Notes: a model not told the origin generated them from the sequence alone. A stretch of DNA of 64,000 nt from Octopus sinensis (GCF_006345805.1 NC_043007.1:72974001-73038000); one strand, 5' to 3'. Positions 40,359-55,224 are shown, numbered from the stretch's first letter. Program-made: numbers and translations.

Positions 40359-41082
40359 TGTGCTAACAATCCTGCCTGCTCATCACCTTGATATATAGTA
40401 ATATTAAAATGACAAACTTCAATAGAACTCATAAAATCATATTTGAACAGTTGTTAGAGAATTAGATATGTTCAAATAAAAATTTGAATAATTATCGTCA
40501 TCGAGTTTCAGAGTTTGTAAATAATTGCTGTCAGGCGCAGGAGTGGCTGAGTGGTAAGTAGCTTGCTTACCAACCACTTGGTTCCAGGTTCAGTCCCACT
40601 GCGTGGCACCTTGGGCAAGTATCTTCTGCTATAGCCTCGGGCCGACCAATGCCTTGTAAGTGGATTTGGTAGACGGAAACTGAAAGAAGCCTGTCGTATA
40701 TATGTATATGTATATATGTGTGTGTGTGTGTTTGTCCCCCTAGCATTGCTTGACAGCCGATGCTGGTGTGTTTACGTCCCCGTCACTTAGCGGTTCGGCA
40801 AAAGAGACCGATAGAATAAGTACTGGGCTTACAAAGAATAAGTCCCGGGCTCGATTTGCTCGACTAAAGGCGGTGCTCCAGCATGGCCGCAGTCAAATGA
40901 CTGAAACAAGTAAAAGATAAAGATAAAGTACAAATGCAAACACCTGCAGTGGACTGGGAGCCAGTGACACACTCCATATGAATAGTGAGGAATTGGTTTA
41001 TGACCAACGACCAATGAAACTGCCGGCATCAGTTGTTAGTCGTCGGAGCACTGCATCCTTCAAAACTTCCATGCTTCCTGAG

Positions 41083-42070
41083 ATTCACCAACACTACGCC
41101 TGATTTTCTACCCTCCATACATATGCAAGCATGTATCTGACTCGTATAGTGTTCACTTCCCAGACGTTTATACATTAAGGCACATGCTTTATACGCACTT
41201 TTGACAAGTTGTGGTGCACCTGAGCACTGTATACAATAATTTCATTATTATTATTATATGAAGGAAAAAAATTATTAATTCACAAGGAATAAATACGGAT
41301 ACACCTAACACGTAAGACTATACACAAAAACACACATATACAAATATGAATGCATGTGTATGGGAAGATAACTTTTTCCTTCGTATATTTGTTTGTTCTT
41401 ATTCATATTTGATTATCTCCCCTGCGCCAGGCAATTTTTGAGTCATAGACTCTTTTGAATTACCCAAATATGTTCATTCTGTGTTCGTTGTGATGGTCGA
41501 CTTTTGGCGATCTTTCGATACAAGTACCATAACTGCCAATTATAAACCCACGTGAGTTTATTTACATTTCTGAAGAAAAAAGAAACCCTTTTCCCCTAAC
41601 CCTAACCCCACATATATATAAAAAAAAACTTTACGCAAAGTGAAGATCATCACTTTGCGTAAAGTTTTTTTTTTTTGAATGAACATATTTGGGTAATTCA
41701 AAAGAGTCTATGACTCAAAAATTGCCTGGCGCAGGGGAGATAATCAAATATGAATAAGAACAAACAAATATACGAAGGAAAAAGTTATCTTCCCATACAC
41801 ATGCATTCATGTTTGTATATGTGTGTTTTTGTGTATAGTCTTACGTGTTAGGTGTATCCGTATTTATTCCTTGTGAATTAATAATTTTTTTCCTTCATAT
41901 AATAATAATGAAATTATTGTATACAGTGCTCAGGTGCACCACAACTTGTCAAAAGTGCGTATAAAGCATGTGCCTTAATGTACAAACGTCTGGGAAGTGA
42001 ACACTGTACGAGTCAGATACATGCTTGCATATGTATGGAGGGTAGAAAATCAGGCGTAGTGTTGGTGAAT
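41083..42070. repeat. Near-perfect ~395-bp inverted duplication (41083-41479 / 41677-42070)
   Basis: Arms differ by about three substitutions and one (TTA) unit; they include a CR1 3' end plus unique flank. Confidence 0.92.
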
Positions 42071-42656
42071 GATCTTCAAATATAAACAGACGTGGCAATT
42101 ATGGTACTTGTACCGAAAGAAACCCAAATATAGTTTTGTTAATTAGCTAGAAGCTTCTTGTAATATATTTTTTCGTTTTCAATATAAATATGTATTTTCT
42201 ATGGCTTTTTTCTGTTAGTGAACGTGTTGTTTATATCCTCTAGACACACGTGTTTTTATTTACATTATGTTTCGTCTCGATCTTTTACTATTATTTAAAA
42301 TATATCCGTTAGACTTTTTAAGTTATAAATTTTTGCACAAGTAGACTTGCATACCTTATTATTATTTTTCCCCTTTACAACTTGTTTGTAAATATCCGGT
42401 TTAATTTTTCCCTATTATCCCCACCCGTTTTTCCTTATTTAATTTTATTAATAACCTTTTTGATGTTCTTCCTAAAATTCTTCTCACTGATGAGAATGAC
42501 AATGCATAACTTTAATTATAATTATTATAATTTTTCTTACATATTTGCATTGTCTTTTGAAACGTGCCTATGTATTAAATTCAATTTTGATTTTAACATA
42601 TTTTCTCAATTTTTATATTTTATATGATCTTTATACATATAACGAATTTTTTCAAT

Positions 42657-42699
<43 letters not shown>

Positions 42700-42739
42700 T
42701 TTTGGAGATATGCTGTGATTGAGAAGACTTGGCAACTAA

Positions 42740-43393
42740 AGTGAGATCACAACCATGCATGTCCAGCCTTGTTAAGAATACCCCTGATGTGTCGGGCGAT
42801 ATGCTATGCTTGAGAAGACCTGTTGAATCAAGTAAAATCAGTATCGTAGCTGGACCAGGTGCCCCCTGACAGGCTCCCGTGCTGGTGGCATGTAAAAAGC
42901 ACCATCCAAACTTAGTTGATGCCAGGTCTGCCTGACTAGCTCCCATGCCAGTGGCATGTAAAAAGCACCAACCAAATGTGGCCGATGCCAATACCTCCAG
43001 ACTGGCTCCCGTGCCAGTGGCACGTAAAAAGCACCATCCGAACGTGGTCAATGCCAAGTCCACCTGACCTGGCTCCTGTGCCATTGGAACATAAAAGCAC
43101 CAACCAATCGTGACTGATACCAGTACGCATTGACTGGCTTCTGTACTGGTGGTACATAAAAGGCACCATCTGAACGTGACCGATGCCAGGCTGTCCTGAC
43201 TGGCTCCTGTGACAGTGGCAGATAAAAAGCACCCACTACACTCTCGGAGTGGTTATTAGGAAGGGGCATCTAGCTGTAGAAACTTTGCCAGATCAGATTG
43301 GAGCCTGGTGCAGCTGCTGGCTGTCCAGACCTCAGTCAAACTGTCCAACCCATGCCAGCATGGAAAACAGACGTTAATCGATGATGATGATGG
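42740..43393 (+). mobile_element. Family-C SINE-like element with ~6 tandem ~66-bp units
   Basis: Repeated gtggcacgtaaaaagcaccatcc units, then an RTE-like tail and (GAT)n. Confidence 0.75.
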
Positions 43394-43579
43394 TATATAT
43401 ATATATACATATACAGGCATGGACATGTAATGTGAGTGTGTGTATATATACATATGTAATTGTATATATATATATATATATATAAGTTCAGCAAAAATTT
43501 AGATTCAAACGAATATGGTACTTAATTTAGATGCACCAGAATTTTGTATGGTGTTATCCATAAAAATTTGTGGGGTGAT

Positions 43580-43736
43580 TATAATCAAAATAAGCAACAA
43601 GAATGACTCCGGTAATTTAGTACAATTGTTTCGCACTTAAATCTGTTGTAATACTTACAACATTTAATAAAATGATGCAGTGCGAAACAATTGTACCAAA
43701 TTACCGGAGTTATTCTTGTTGCTTATTTTGATTATA
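43580..43736. repeat. Fold-back with 57-bp arms next to (TA)n; carries a hammerhead 3' half (GAAAC-AATT-GTA)
   Basis: 43581-43637 is inverted at 43679-43735. Confidence 0.8.
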
Positions 43737-44059
43737 TATATATATATATATATATCATGATTCAGACACATACATATGTACATATTCAGAGATTAGAGAG
43801 AATTGGTAGCATATTTTATATCCCCATGAAGAAGAAATATGTATAGCATAATTTGAATAGATGTTAAACGACGATGATGATGAAACCCTGCCCCTTTTTC
43901 ACATTTTATACAATGAGAAATGTGCAGTGTTTTTTGCTACATACTTTGGATTTACAGAGTACTTAATTTCATTTAACTAGTTAATTTAACTAATTAATAT
44001 TCCGTTGCTTGATTGATAGCTGGTGAATATTACCGGAATTCATCCTGAGTACTCTATTA

Positions 44060-44287
44060 TATTTCTTTACTACCCACAAGGGGCTAAACATAGAGGGGAC
44101 AAACAAGGACAGACAAAGAGATTAAGTCGATTACATCGACCCTAGTGGGTAACTGGTACTTAATTTATCGACCCCGAAAGGATGAAAGGCAAAGTCGACC
44201 TCAGCGGAATTTGAACCCAGAGTGTAACGGCAGACGAAATACAGCTACGCATTTTGCCTGACATGCGTTTCTGCCAGCTCGCCGCCT
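44060..44287 (-). mobile_element. Family-B SINE with a 17-bp TSD
   Basis: tcctgagtactctatta at 44043-44059 and 44288-44304. Confidence 0.9.
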
Positions 44288-45306
44288 TCCTGAGTACTCT
44301 ATTAGCCAAATACATGTTAGAGTTAATTGCCAGGATCATTGAGATCCTCAATTTTACACACACACACACACACACGATTACTAGCCACTGGGGACAACAA
44401 ATGCCTTTTCCCTGAGTTATTGTATGATGTTTGCAATGCTCTGAAACATGTGGCTTGAATGCAGAGGATTTGAGTAGACTGGAAAGAAATGAAGCAAGCA
44501 TGTTTTGTTGGGTGTACATGGAAGACATAGAGCAAATGTGCTGAGAGAAAAACTGGGCACAAGATGAATCAAATATAGAATATAGGTAAGAAGACTGCAT
44601 TGATGTCACCAGCTTTTCCCTGACACAACTTATATTTTCTCACTATCTGGAATTATTTCTCTTATTAGTCATCCTTCATTCTTTACACTGCCCTCTCCAT
44701 CCATATTTTACACTGATCACCATTCTGAGCCACCACGTTACTCCCTCTATTTAGCGACATATCCATAGAAAAGTTGGCTTTGGAGCAATTTGAACTGAGA
44801 AGAAATAGATGCAAGGCAGTTTTTTCTGATGCTCTAATGATGCTGTCAGATTAATTATAATTAAGCGTTTCATTTGCATGAATTGATGAATTCAAATTTT
44901 CCTCTAACTCTAGAGGAGCCAACAGAAAACTGCATTATCACAAGAAAATCCTATTCAGGGTCATTAAGAGTTAATTAATTTACAACTTAAGAGTCTTCAA
45001 TAAGCCAGAATAAAACTGTCTTAATTTTGGAAACTTTGCTCATAAAAATATAATTATTTCTCTCTCTAACATGTCAATGAAATAGGCAAAAGTATAAAAT
45101 AAGTTCTTTGGTTTTTAAAGTTAAATGTGGATTTTGTTGTTTTTTGTTTCTATAAGAGAAGGAAAAATGCAGAACATCAGGTAAGAGAAGAAAAGAGGTA
45201 GAGTGAAAAGGTAAAAGAAAAGCAGGAAGGATCCAGGATGAGATATAAAAATATAAAAATGGAACCAAATCTTTGTTGAAACAAACGAATCCAACCTGTG
45301 AATCTT

Positions 45307-46028
45307 TTAAGCAATTGTGTCATTGTCTACATTTATCTGTTCAAACATGTAACTTATAGGGATGGAATAAATACTATGTTCACATCCATCGACAAGAAAC
45401 TTTTCAGTGTAATCAGGCATTTCATTTAAAGACTCCATTTTCTTGGGGCAAATATATTTGTCTTCAAACCAATAGGAACTATTTTCTTCAAATGTGGCAG
45501 CATTCTTGATTGTGTTTGTCAAAGAGTTAAATTTATGATTGAGTTTATTACTTTTGACAAGAATAGCGAGATCTTGATCCACCCCTGTTCTATGGATTTG
45601 TTGAATAAGCAAGTTCAATTCTTTTGTAAGAGTGTAACACTTAACTGAAGGAAATTCACTGCTGATACCAGAGTTTGGTGCCTGAGGAAACTTACAAATG
45701 ATAAGTTTTTTGCTTGCTTTAAGTTCCTTGAGAAGGGAAACTGTCAAAAGTGCTGAGTTATCCTCTTTTAAAAAATTTATGTAATCTTGGTTGCTTTTCC
45801 ACGCCTGAATTCTTTTGTGAAGAGCTTTGGAGTAAACAAGAATTATAAAATCAGACTTTTGAATTTCCAAACTCAGTCTTAATGGATCACCACCTTTCAC
45901 TAGCCGAGCAGCAACTTCTAGTTTACATTTACTCTTATTCATGAACGATATAAACTTATCAATGGCTTCACAGTGGTAAGAATGGTCCTCTGTATAAAAT
46001 ATCAGCCCTCTTTTCTCTTGGACTGTTC
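45307..46028 (-). CDS. Terminal exon of an interleukin-17 receptor-like protein (SEFIR domain and C-terminal tail)
   Basis: Open 240-codon frame in unique sequence; SEFIR-like motifs 'KRGLIFYTEDHSYHCEAIDKFISFM' and 'SDFIILVYSK'; acceptor ttatattttcag at 46029-46031 (phase 1); TAA stop. Confidence 0.8.
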
Positions 46029-47889
46029 CTGAAAATATAAATTCAAACAATCAATAATAAAATATCAACAATATACTAGAATTAAGGGACTGAATTTCTT
46101 TAACTAAATACAAGATCAATAGAACTAATCACACAATTTACACAGCTCCAGAAAAATATAATTCCCAAACCAGCCACAATTAAACTTCAGCTCACAAAAG
46201 TGAGATTTCAAAATAGACATTATCATCCACAGAGGAATGGAAGCTGCTATGTGGTCACTTGACATGCAAGAACTTTAAAACTTGATTAAAATCTGATATC
46301 AGTTGTTGAAACAAAAGGTTATTGAATTTCTAGAGAAATAGTTCATTCCTAATAATAATAACTCTAAGCCATGTTCAAAGACACTTCACTTTACTAACCT
46401 AGTCACCTACTTCTTAAATTGATCTTTTTATGTGTTTCAGTTATTGGACTGTGGCCATGCTGGGGCAGTGCCTTGAATGGTTTTAGTCAAACTAATTATT
46501 TTTTAAGTCTGGTACTTATTCTATTGGTCTCTTTTGCCACACTGCTATATTACTGGGATATAGACAAACCAACACCAGTTTTCAAGAAATGGAGGGGAAC
46601 AAAGACACACACACACACACTTACACAGTTTCCATCTTCCAAATGTACTCAGAAGGTCTTGGCTGGCCAAAGGCTACAGTAGAAGACATGATGTCACACA
46701 GTAGGACGGAATCCAAGCTCACATTAGTCTCACGTTCACACACACATAAATAATAATAAGACAGACTGTAAACTTCCATTCATCAGAGAATTTAGGCTGT
46801 TTTATTTCACTGAACATTTCTATGAATCTGTTTTAGTCCACCTAACTCTAATAAGTATTTAATAAACCAATATCACAATTAGTTATATAGTATTACTATT
46901 ACTGTCATGATTATTACAACCTCTGTTGATATATAATTATTATTTTGTTAATCATTATTGCTAATATAATCCTATCGCTGTTATAACTCCTGCCACCAAG
47001 CACTTCTATTAAGATTTGAACAACCACAAACCCTATTAATCATTCACTCTCTACACATTCTTACAACCTTTGTCTATCTTTCTTCATCTTTCTGTTTCCA
47101 TGCTTTCTTCTATAATACTGAAGCAAGTCAAAAGTTTTGCAATATTTACTGCTGAGTGGTGTCCTCGCGTCCAGGTCAACGACCAAAGTCCTGAGCCACC
47201 TACATGTAGGGTCAAGACTACAGCTTCCAGTGACATCTTCCACCTGCCGCTTTCGCCCCTTTCCCGTCACTACAGGGCTTTTAGGATGGCTGGTCACAGA
47301 ACATGGACATGTCCTTTGGCCTGCTCTAGGGAATTTTAAGGTGAAGTGCAGTGTGCGTAAACTGGCCCCACCTTTTAAGCACGAGGGTCATCTGCCATGG
47401 CCTTGCGAGCTGGGATGGTGACAGTGAGATCCTCGGGCCATAGGTTTGAAGTCAGAGTTACCCTCTCCTAGGAGGGTTGCCAACTATAGCTGACAAACCC
47501 CTCCTGCCCGTGCCATCTAAACCATCACAAAAGTGGGAAAAAGATCTGTGGTTTTCAGTAGGCGTATACTACCCGGTTGCCTGGGCCAGAGTAGGGGGTT
47601 AGCTTAGGAGACCGCACCCAGAGCCTTTGACTAAAAAGCACTCCACACACACACATTGTTTGATGGCCATTGACTACGCTGTAGTTCTTCCGCCCTTTGA
47701 CAGGTCTTATTTTTTTGTCCTGCAGGGTGTCCAACAATCACCCGCCTCACCAAGCAAGCCTGGTGGGGTTACCAGTTTAGTCACCGACGACCCGACCATG
47801 TAACAATATTTGCATACATAACAATGTATATCACATAACTGAAGCAGTTCAAGCTGTAGAAGGTACCTGCTGAGGTCGGTAGCACTGTA

Positions 47890-48580
47890 GTAGTTGGTGT
47901 GCTAGCACATTGTACATTGCTTTACTCTATATGTGATTTGAAAGCTGCACAAATGAACGTGCAATGTAATATAATGCGGGAACTTATGTTTTATGAGTTA
48001 AAACTGGGCCCTAATGTTGTGGAAGCTACCAAAAACATTTGTTGTGAAAAAGGAGAAGGCACAGTTGATCACAGTACAACTATCGATTCCAAGGCTGTTT
48101 TCGAAGCCATAGAGGTAAATCCAACGAGCAGAACTCAGGGAGTATCAGATGAGCTCAGCATCTCATGTATGTTTGTTATTGTGCAGCAAAAATACCAGCA
48201 TTGGTTAACAGAAAGCAAGCTCTTCTGCAGTAGGACAACACAAGACTTCATACTGCTTGAATGACCTAAAATAAACTACAGGAACTTGAGGGAATTGAAC
48301 TAACGCCATACCCAGCATATAGTCTGGACCTAGCTCCCACAGATCATTACTTTTTCCAATCCGTGGCTCACTTTCTCTGCTCAAGACATTTGATCAACCA
48401 AGAGGAGATGAAAGCTCCAGTGAAGTTGTTACAAGAACTGGTGTCAGCATGGGATCAAAAGAATTGGCAGACGGTGCAACATGATGGCTTCAACTTTGAA
48501 TGCTAGGCTGCTTTTGTTGTAACTTGACAAATAAAGCAAATAACTTACCAAAATATTACAAAATTTTTGACTCAACACAG
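47890..48580 (+). mobile_element. Highly decayed mariner relic
   Basis: 'YELKLGPNVVEATKNICC.KGEGTVDHST' (mariner HTH) and 'AYSLDLAPTDH'. Confidence 0.7.
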
Positions 48581-50884
48581 TGCTTTCTGAGACATGTTTA
48601 CTTGAAGGTACATTAATGATGATACGATGATAATAATGACATTGACTGTTCGATGAGTTACCTCCCCTAGGTTGTGTAAAATAAGCAGAGCGTTAACGTA
48701 CTTCAAAACAAAAAAAATTCCTTCAAAAGGCTAGAGCTCTGCAGCCTTCTATTTTAATGTCTTATTTAATTTTTATATCCACACACACGCACACACATAC
48801 ATATCATCATTATTTAACGTCTACTTTTCCATATCTACTTGGTTTGGACGGGATTTTTAAGGCAGACTTTCTAAGGCTAAATGACACCAGTTCGCACCTG
48901 TTTTCAAGCAAGGTAATATTTCTCCATGACCAGACATGTTTCCACCGAAGATTGGAAATGAAGGACACTGTTTGCATGAGAGTAACACTTATTTACAACT
49001 ATCACATAAAGTCAAGAAAGGGGACAGTAACACACACACACACACATATATATGACAAGCTTCTTTGAGTTTTTATCTACTAAATCCACTCCCAACCTTT
49101 TGATTGGCCTGGTGCTATAGTAGAAGACACTTGCTCAAGTTGCCACTCAGTGAAACTGAACTTGAGGCACATGGTTGGGAAACAAATTTTTGATCACAAA
49201 AATTGATTTACCAGAAAAAACTCGCAATAGGCGTAGGAGTGGCTGTGTGGTAAGTAGCTTGCTTACCAGCCACATGGTTCCAGGTTCAGTCCCACTGCGT
49301 GGCACCTTGGGCAAGTGTCTTCTGCTATAGCCTCGGGTTGACCAAAGCCTTGTGAGTGGATTTGGTAGACGGAAACTGAAAGAAGCCCATCATATATATG
49401 TATATATATATATGTGTGTGTGTGTCTGTTTGTCCCCCTAACATCGCTTGACAACCGATGCTGGTGTGTTTACGTCCCCGTAACTTAGCAGTTCGGCAAA
49501 AGAGACCGATAGAATAAGTACTAGGCTTACAAAGAATAAGTCCTGGGGTCGATTTGCTTGACTGAAGGCAGTGCTCCAGCATGGCCACAGTCAAATGACT
49601 GAAACAAGTAAGAGTAATATAATCAGACACCATGAACTACATTTCAAAAAATGATGATGTAACTTTTCAATGTTGTAAAACAAAGAATTGTCAGGATAAA
49701 ACATTAGAGTTAATGACTGTCAAACTTGGTGCATTAGAATATCGGACATTTCATTCTTAATGACCTGATGGATGGATGGATGGAGCCATATATAAAAACT
49801 GGCACTCTGTCAGTTACAACAAGGGTTCCAGTTAATCCAATCAATGGAACAGCCTGTTCATGAAATTAATGTGTAAGTGGCTGAGCACTCTACAGACACA
49901 TGTACCCTTAACATAGTTGTCTGGGAGATTCAGTGTGACAGAGTGTGACAAGGCTGGCCCTTTCGAAATACAGGCACTACTCATTTTTGCCAGCTGAGTG
50001 GACTGGAGCAACATGAAATAAAGTGTCTTGCTCAAGGACACGATGCATTGCTAGGAATTGAACTCATGACCTTATGACCATGAGCCAAATAGCCTAACCA
50101 CTAAGCCATGTACCTTCGCATAGCCATATATACAAGGTTAGCATATACGTATGTATGTATTTATGTACATGCATCAAAAAGAGATCAAATGTCCTTCCCA
50201 AGCCATAAGATCATAAACCTGGTTTCCTGGATTCTGTGACATGTATTACCCATTCACAGGATTGCTAAATTTTGTTAGGATTTTTTTATGCATTATTCAT
50301 GGTACCAACTTGCAAGACTATGAACCCCAAGAGAGGCAACCTTAAGCTAGGAAATGAAACGTTAAAATAAGAGAGCCAGAGCAGAGCATATTTCTTGCAG
50401 TGGTGAGGCTACATAGCTATTTATATTTTAGAAGAGAGGATAGGGGTGATCAGGATGAGGCTGGGAAGAGATAAAAAGTAGTGGTGAGATGTCTGGATGG
50501 ACCCTTGAAGTACAAGGTGAGTTAAAGAAAGTAGGGACAAAGGAAATAGGAGTGTGAATGAGTAGAGTTGTAAGATATTATGGAAGAATGAGAGATGGGG
50601 AATGGATTGGGGGTGAATATAATGAATGAAGAACAAGTGTTGGGTATATGATGAGTAAGAGAGATAAAAAGAATAGGTGGTAAATGTAGAAATTTGGTAA
50701 GGTTGAGTGGAGGGTGTGTGTGACCAATGATGCATTGGAGTGAGGAGCAATAGTATGGATACAGTAGACAAGTGAACAATAAAGGGATGGACAGATATAT
50801 ATGGAGTAAAATAAATGAGGTAAAACAGCAAGAAGATGACATCAAAAATGTGTAATTTAGGGGTCTAAGTAGTAAGGTTGCTGT

Positions 50885-51412
50885 AATCTGGAAGCCGTTC
50901 AGCGACGTGCAACCAAAAGAATACCCTCCATCAGGCATTTGCCATATTCTGAACGCCTTACTTCCCTGGACATGGACACATTGAAACTCCGACGTCTGGC
51001 AGCTGATTTGGCAGACACCCATAAAATTATCAACCATCTTACAAACAATAACTCTGAGCACCTTTTCAAACTCCACCCGTGGACATATTTACAAAGTCAG
51101 AAAACAGCACAGCTCCCATGACTTTCAGAAACATTTTTTCACGCTAAGAGTTAATGAAGTATGGAACAAACTGCCGGCATCGGTTGTTAGTTGTCGGAGC
51201 ACTGTATCCTTCAAAACTTCCATGTTTTCTGAGATTCGCCAACACTACACCTGATTTCCTCCCCTCCATACACATGCAAGCATGTATCTGACTCATACAT
51301 TGTTCGCTTTCCAGACATTTTTACATTACTGCATACACCTTATACGCACTTTCTGACAAGTTGTGGTGCACCTGAACACTGTATACAATAATTTCATTAT
51401 TATTATTATTAT
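50885..51412 (+). mobile_element. CR1-type LINE 3' fragment (same family as 29893-31262)
   Basis: 'PYSERLTSLDMDTLKLRRLAADL', shared 3' UTR and (TTA)n tail. Confidence 0.88.
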
Positions 51413-54400
51413 AATATGAACTCTCATTGTAAGGGTGTAAAAGTGTAGCATTATGAGTATTTAAGACCATCATTCGAAAAGCAATATGAATGTGTTTAAT
51501 TACAATTGCTTTACTATGTATTAGTTGAAGCACACATACACCACAGGGATATGTAGATGTATAGAATGGAAAAGAAGAACGAAATGCCAAGGTGATGTTG
51601 TTAAAAGTTCATAAATGGAGAATCCAGGAGACAGGATTGTGGAAATGTGAACTCTTAAAGAGGTGGGGGTCATCATTGTTTTAACATCATACACTTTTCC
51701 ATGCTTGCATGGGTTGGATGGAATTTGTCAAGGCAGATTTTATACAGCTGGATGCCCTTCCTGTCACAAACCCTTGCTTGGAGATAATTCATTATGATCA
51801 GACATGTCTTTGAAGATTGGAAATGAAGGACACTCCTTATATTATGGTGATACTTGCTTACAACAATAATATGTCAAGGCAAGGTGGCATTTGCACACAT
51901 GTGTGTGTGTGTGTGTAACAGGTTTCACTCAGTTTCCATTTACCAAATCCACTCACAAGGCTTTGGTCAGCCTGGGGTGCTATTATAGAAGGCACTTGCC
52001 CAAGCTACCACACAGTGGAGTTGAACCTGGAAACATGGTTGGGAAGCAAACTTCTTGACCACACAGCCATGCCTGTGCCTATAAAAGTATAGCTATAATG
52101 ATATATTATGTGGTAAAGCTTAAACTGATCAGCTAAGAGAGTGATGACTATTAAGGTAAAAACTATCAATCTTGTTAAATACAGCTATTCAGGGTTTCAT
52201 AAGAAACTGGAAAGTTAAAAAATGTTATTACAAAAACATTGTGAATGTATAAGTAAAAAATAGTAGCAATCAAAGAAAAAAAACCTCCCTCCCCTCCCAT
52301 GTACTGGTTTTGGAGTCACATACACGTGCACACACAGACATGGGGACAAAGAAGGCTTTGAGGTATAAATTTCTAAACAATGATATTAGAGAGAAGGAAG
52401 AAATAGATGTCAAACCGGTGGCATAGAAAATGTGTTGGCAAAATTCACTGTAATTATTTTTATTGTGGGAAAATTTTAGGAAATTTCACTGTACATAAGC
52501 AGATTGTAAACCTGATAACTCATTTTAAAGAAAATGTTTTTCTCTAATTGAAAAGTTAGTGGATGTTGCCATTTTAAGAAAACAGCTAATTTTAGTCATT
52601 TTACAATTTGTTTATTTTTTTTACAGTAAATTTTTCTATGTCAAAAATGTTTATAGCAAATTTTTCTAAAACCAATTGGAAAATATATGGGGAGAATTTT
52701 ATTGATGAGGATTTGGGTTATATGGGGATTGGTATTATTGACAACAGATTGTATAGAAATGGGGATAAAGCTATCAAAGTTATAGCAATATATTTGCTTG
52801 AGAAAATGTTTAAAAATATACATAGTTTACTGAAAAGATTACACTACTGAGAGATGGAGAAAAGAGTGGCGATGAAGGGGGGGGGTAAAAATTTATATGC
52901 AAGTAGGACTGTGATAGTAATGGATAGTGAGGGGGATTGTTGAGATGCTATAGTAACTAAGAGAAGACATATAAAAATAGTGAGGGAGAGAAAAGTGATG
53001 GAACAATAGGAAAACTACCTAAGTTGTATCATGTTTGTTAATTAGATTGAATTTGGTGGCTTAGAGTCTCTGAGGAAATAATACTCCTGTTCATGTAAAC
53101 AAATGCAGAGCAAATTGTTCATGTTGTTGTGCTAACTTTCATTTTGACATAGTATTGCTATCTTCTTTCTTTAAACAAAGCTGACATCTAATGCTGGTGT
53201 TAGCTCACCTGTGTTTATAGACTGTCAGCAAATTGAAAATGGACCATAATAGGTGTTGCCATTGCTTTCATATCACTTATCTTCCACTACATGATGACTT
53301 ATTCAAAAATCTTATCTCTATCATTTTCCACCTTTGCCTTACATAGTCTCTCAATGTCTTTTACCATCCTGTCTCTCTATACATTTATCTTTACTAAGAC
53401 CTATCTGCAACCACTTGGTATTTTTGTTTATTTGGTTTCCCTTTGTGTCAGATTTTACTTGTGTTATTTGTATGATTTTTACATGTACATATAAATAGAT
53501 ACATACATTCATATGTATACTCTTTTACTTGTTTCAGTCATTTGACTGTGGCCATGCTGGAGCACTACCTTTAGTCGAGGAAATCGACCCCAGGACATAT
53601 TCTTTGTAAGCCTAGTACTTATCCTATTGGTCTCTTCTGCCGAACCACTAAGTTAAGGGGACGTAAACACACCAGCATCGGTTGTCAAGAGATGTTGGGG
53701 GTAAAAACACAGACACACAAACATATACACACACATACATAGAAATATACATATATACGACGGGCTTCTTTCAGTTTCCGTGTACCAAATCCACTCAGAA
53801 GGCTTCGGTCGGTCCGAGGCTATGGTAGAAGACACTTGCCCAAGGTGCCACACATTGGGACTGAACCCGGAACCATGAGGTTCGTTAGCAAGCTACTTAA
53901 CATACAACCACTCCTACGCCTATGTATATATATACATACACACACGAATATGATCATAGTTACTTTACAAATGGCGGTGCCCCAGCATGGCCAAAGCTTG
54001 TGAGCTGAAACTAGATGAAATAATTTATTTTACATGCTAGCACAGGCTAAACAAGATACAAACTGCATCAGTTTATCTTCAGAGTCACTACTCTCCTAGA
54101 TGAGTCAAAGACCATGTCTTGCTTGTATATTTCGTCTTTGGCTTGTGTTTCTATAACTGGGTGTCCTTCCTATCACCAACCAGTTTGCAGAATGTATGGG
54201 GTGCACATAATTATGGCCCTGGAATAAAAGAAACTGTCATATCTTCTGCAAAACTATACAGACCCTTCAATCCTCTACACTATCTTCACTCATTTGCCAC
54301 CCTCTTTACAGAGTGTGCCGAGTGCATTTTATTGTGGTTCCAGGATTAATGAGGTTGCCCAGTACCTTATAGAGCTAAAAACATTTTCATTTTCACTACA

Positions 54401-55224
54401 CTATGATGTGTTCTTTCCTTTAGAGCCTAGACAAGTGACTCTCAGCCAGGGTCCACATGACTCTTGGTGGGGGTCCATACAAGATTTTGTTGTTAAAATT
54501 TATGTGCAATAAATTAATTATACTTCTACAATACACAAAATATTTAATAAAATCCCTAATAATATTTAATCATAAAAATATAAGAGGATTTTTTTAAACA
54601 TTGAAAAGCTGTTGGGGTCCTCCTGGGTAAAATAGGAATCAAAGAGGTCCATAGTTCAAAAGTGGTTGGGAACTACTGGCCTACACCAACAAAGATAATG
54701 ATTAATAACAAAAGAAGGGTCTGGGTGGGTAGATGGAGAAAGTGAGAGGGGAGAGAGGTGGTAGAAGAAAGGAGAGTGAGTAGTGAAGATAGTAACAGAG
54801 GCGGACAATGATAAAGACTCAGTGATGGAGTGGGGTGTATTGTATACAAACAGATCTAAAGTAATTCCTTATACTTTGGCCTAGTAGTAGAGGAATAAGG
54901 ATAGTGGTAAAAATTATTGGACCAATATATGGCCTAAGGCATCCTACATTATGGCAAAGAGGAGAAAGAATATGTGATTGAGAAATGGGTGAGACAAGCC
55001 TAAAGCCATTTCAAATTACAAAGGTAGCATGGTAGAGTGAATAGGAGAGATCTACTACCATCGTTAGTTAAACTAGCAACAACATAGTACCTCTTTCCAC
55101 CTCTCTCTCTCTCATATACATGGGTGTACACAGCTATAAGTTAGAATACATTTGACTATGCTATGATACTGTTCAAGTGAAACCAAGGGACATGATTCTG
55201 TATGACTTCTCATTTTATATATAT

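Noticed and set aside
42880-43240. CRISPR-like repeat-spacer pattern (also 36300-36520 and 34800-35040)
   Set aside because: The 'spacers' are homologous to each other, the context is eukaryotic, and there are no cas genes; these are tandem units of a SINE-like element
47310-47805. GC-richer segment examined for an HDV-like or twister ribozyme (resembles a LINE 5' UTR)
   Set aside because: The required pseudoknot and core could not be identified by eye
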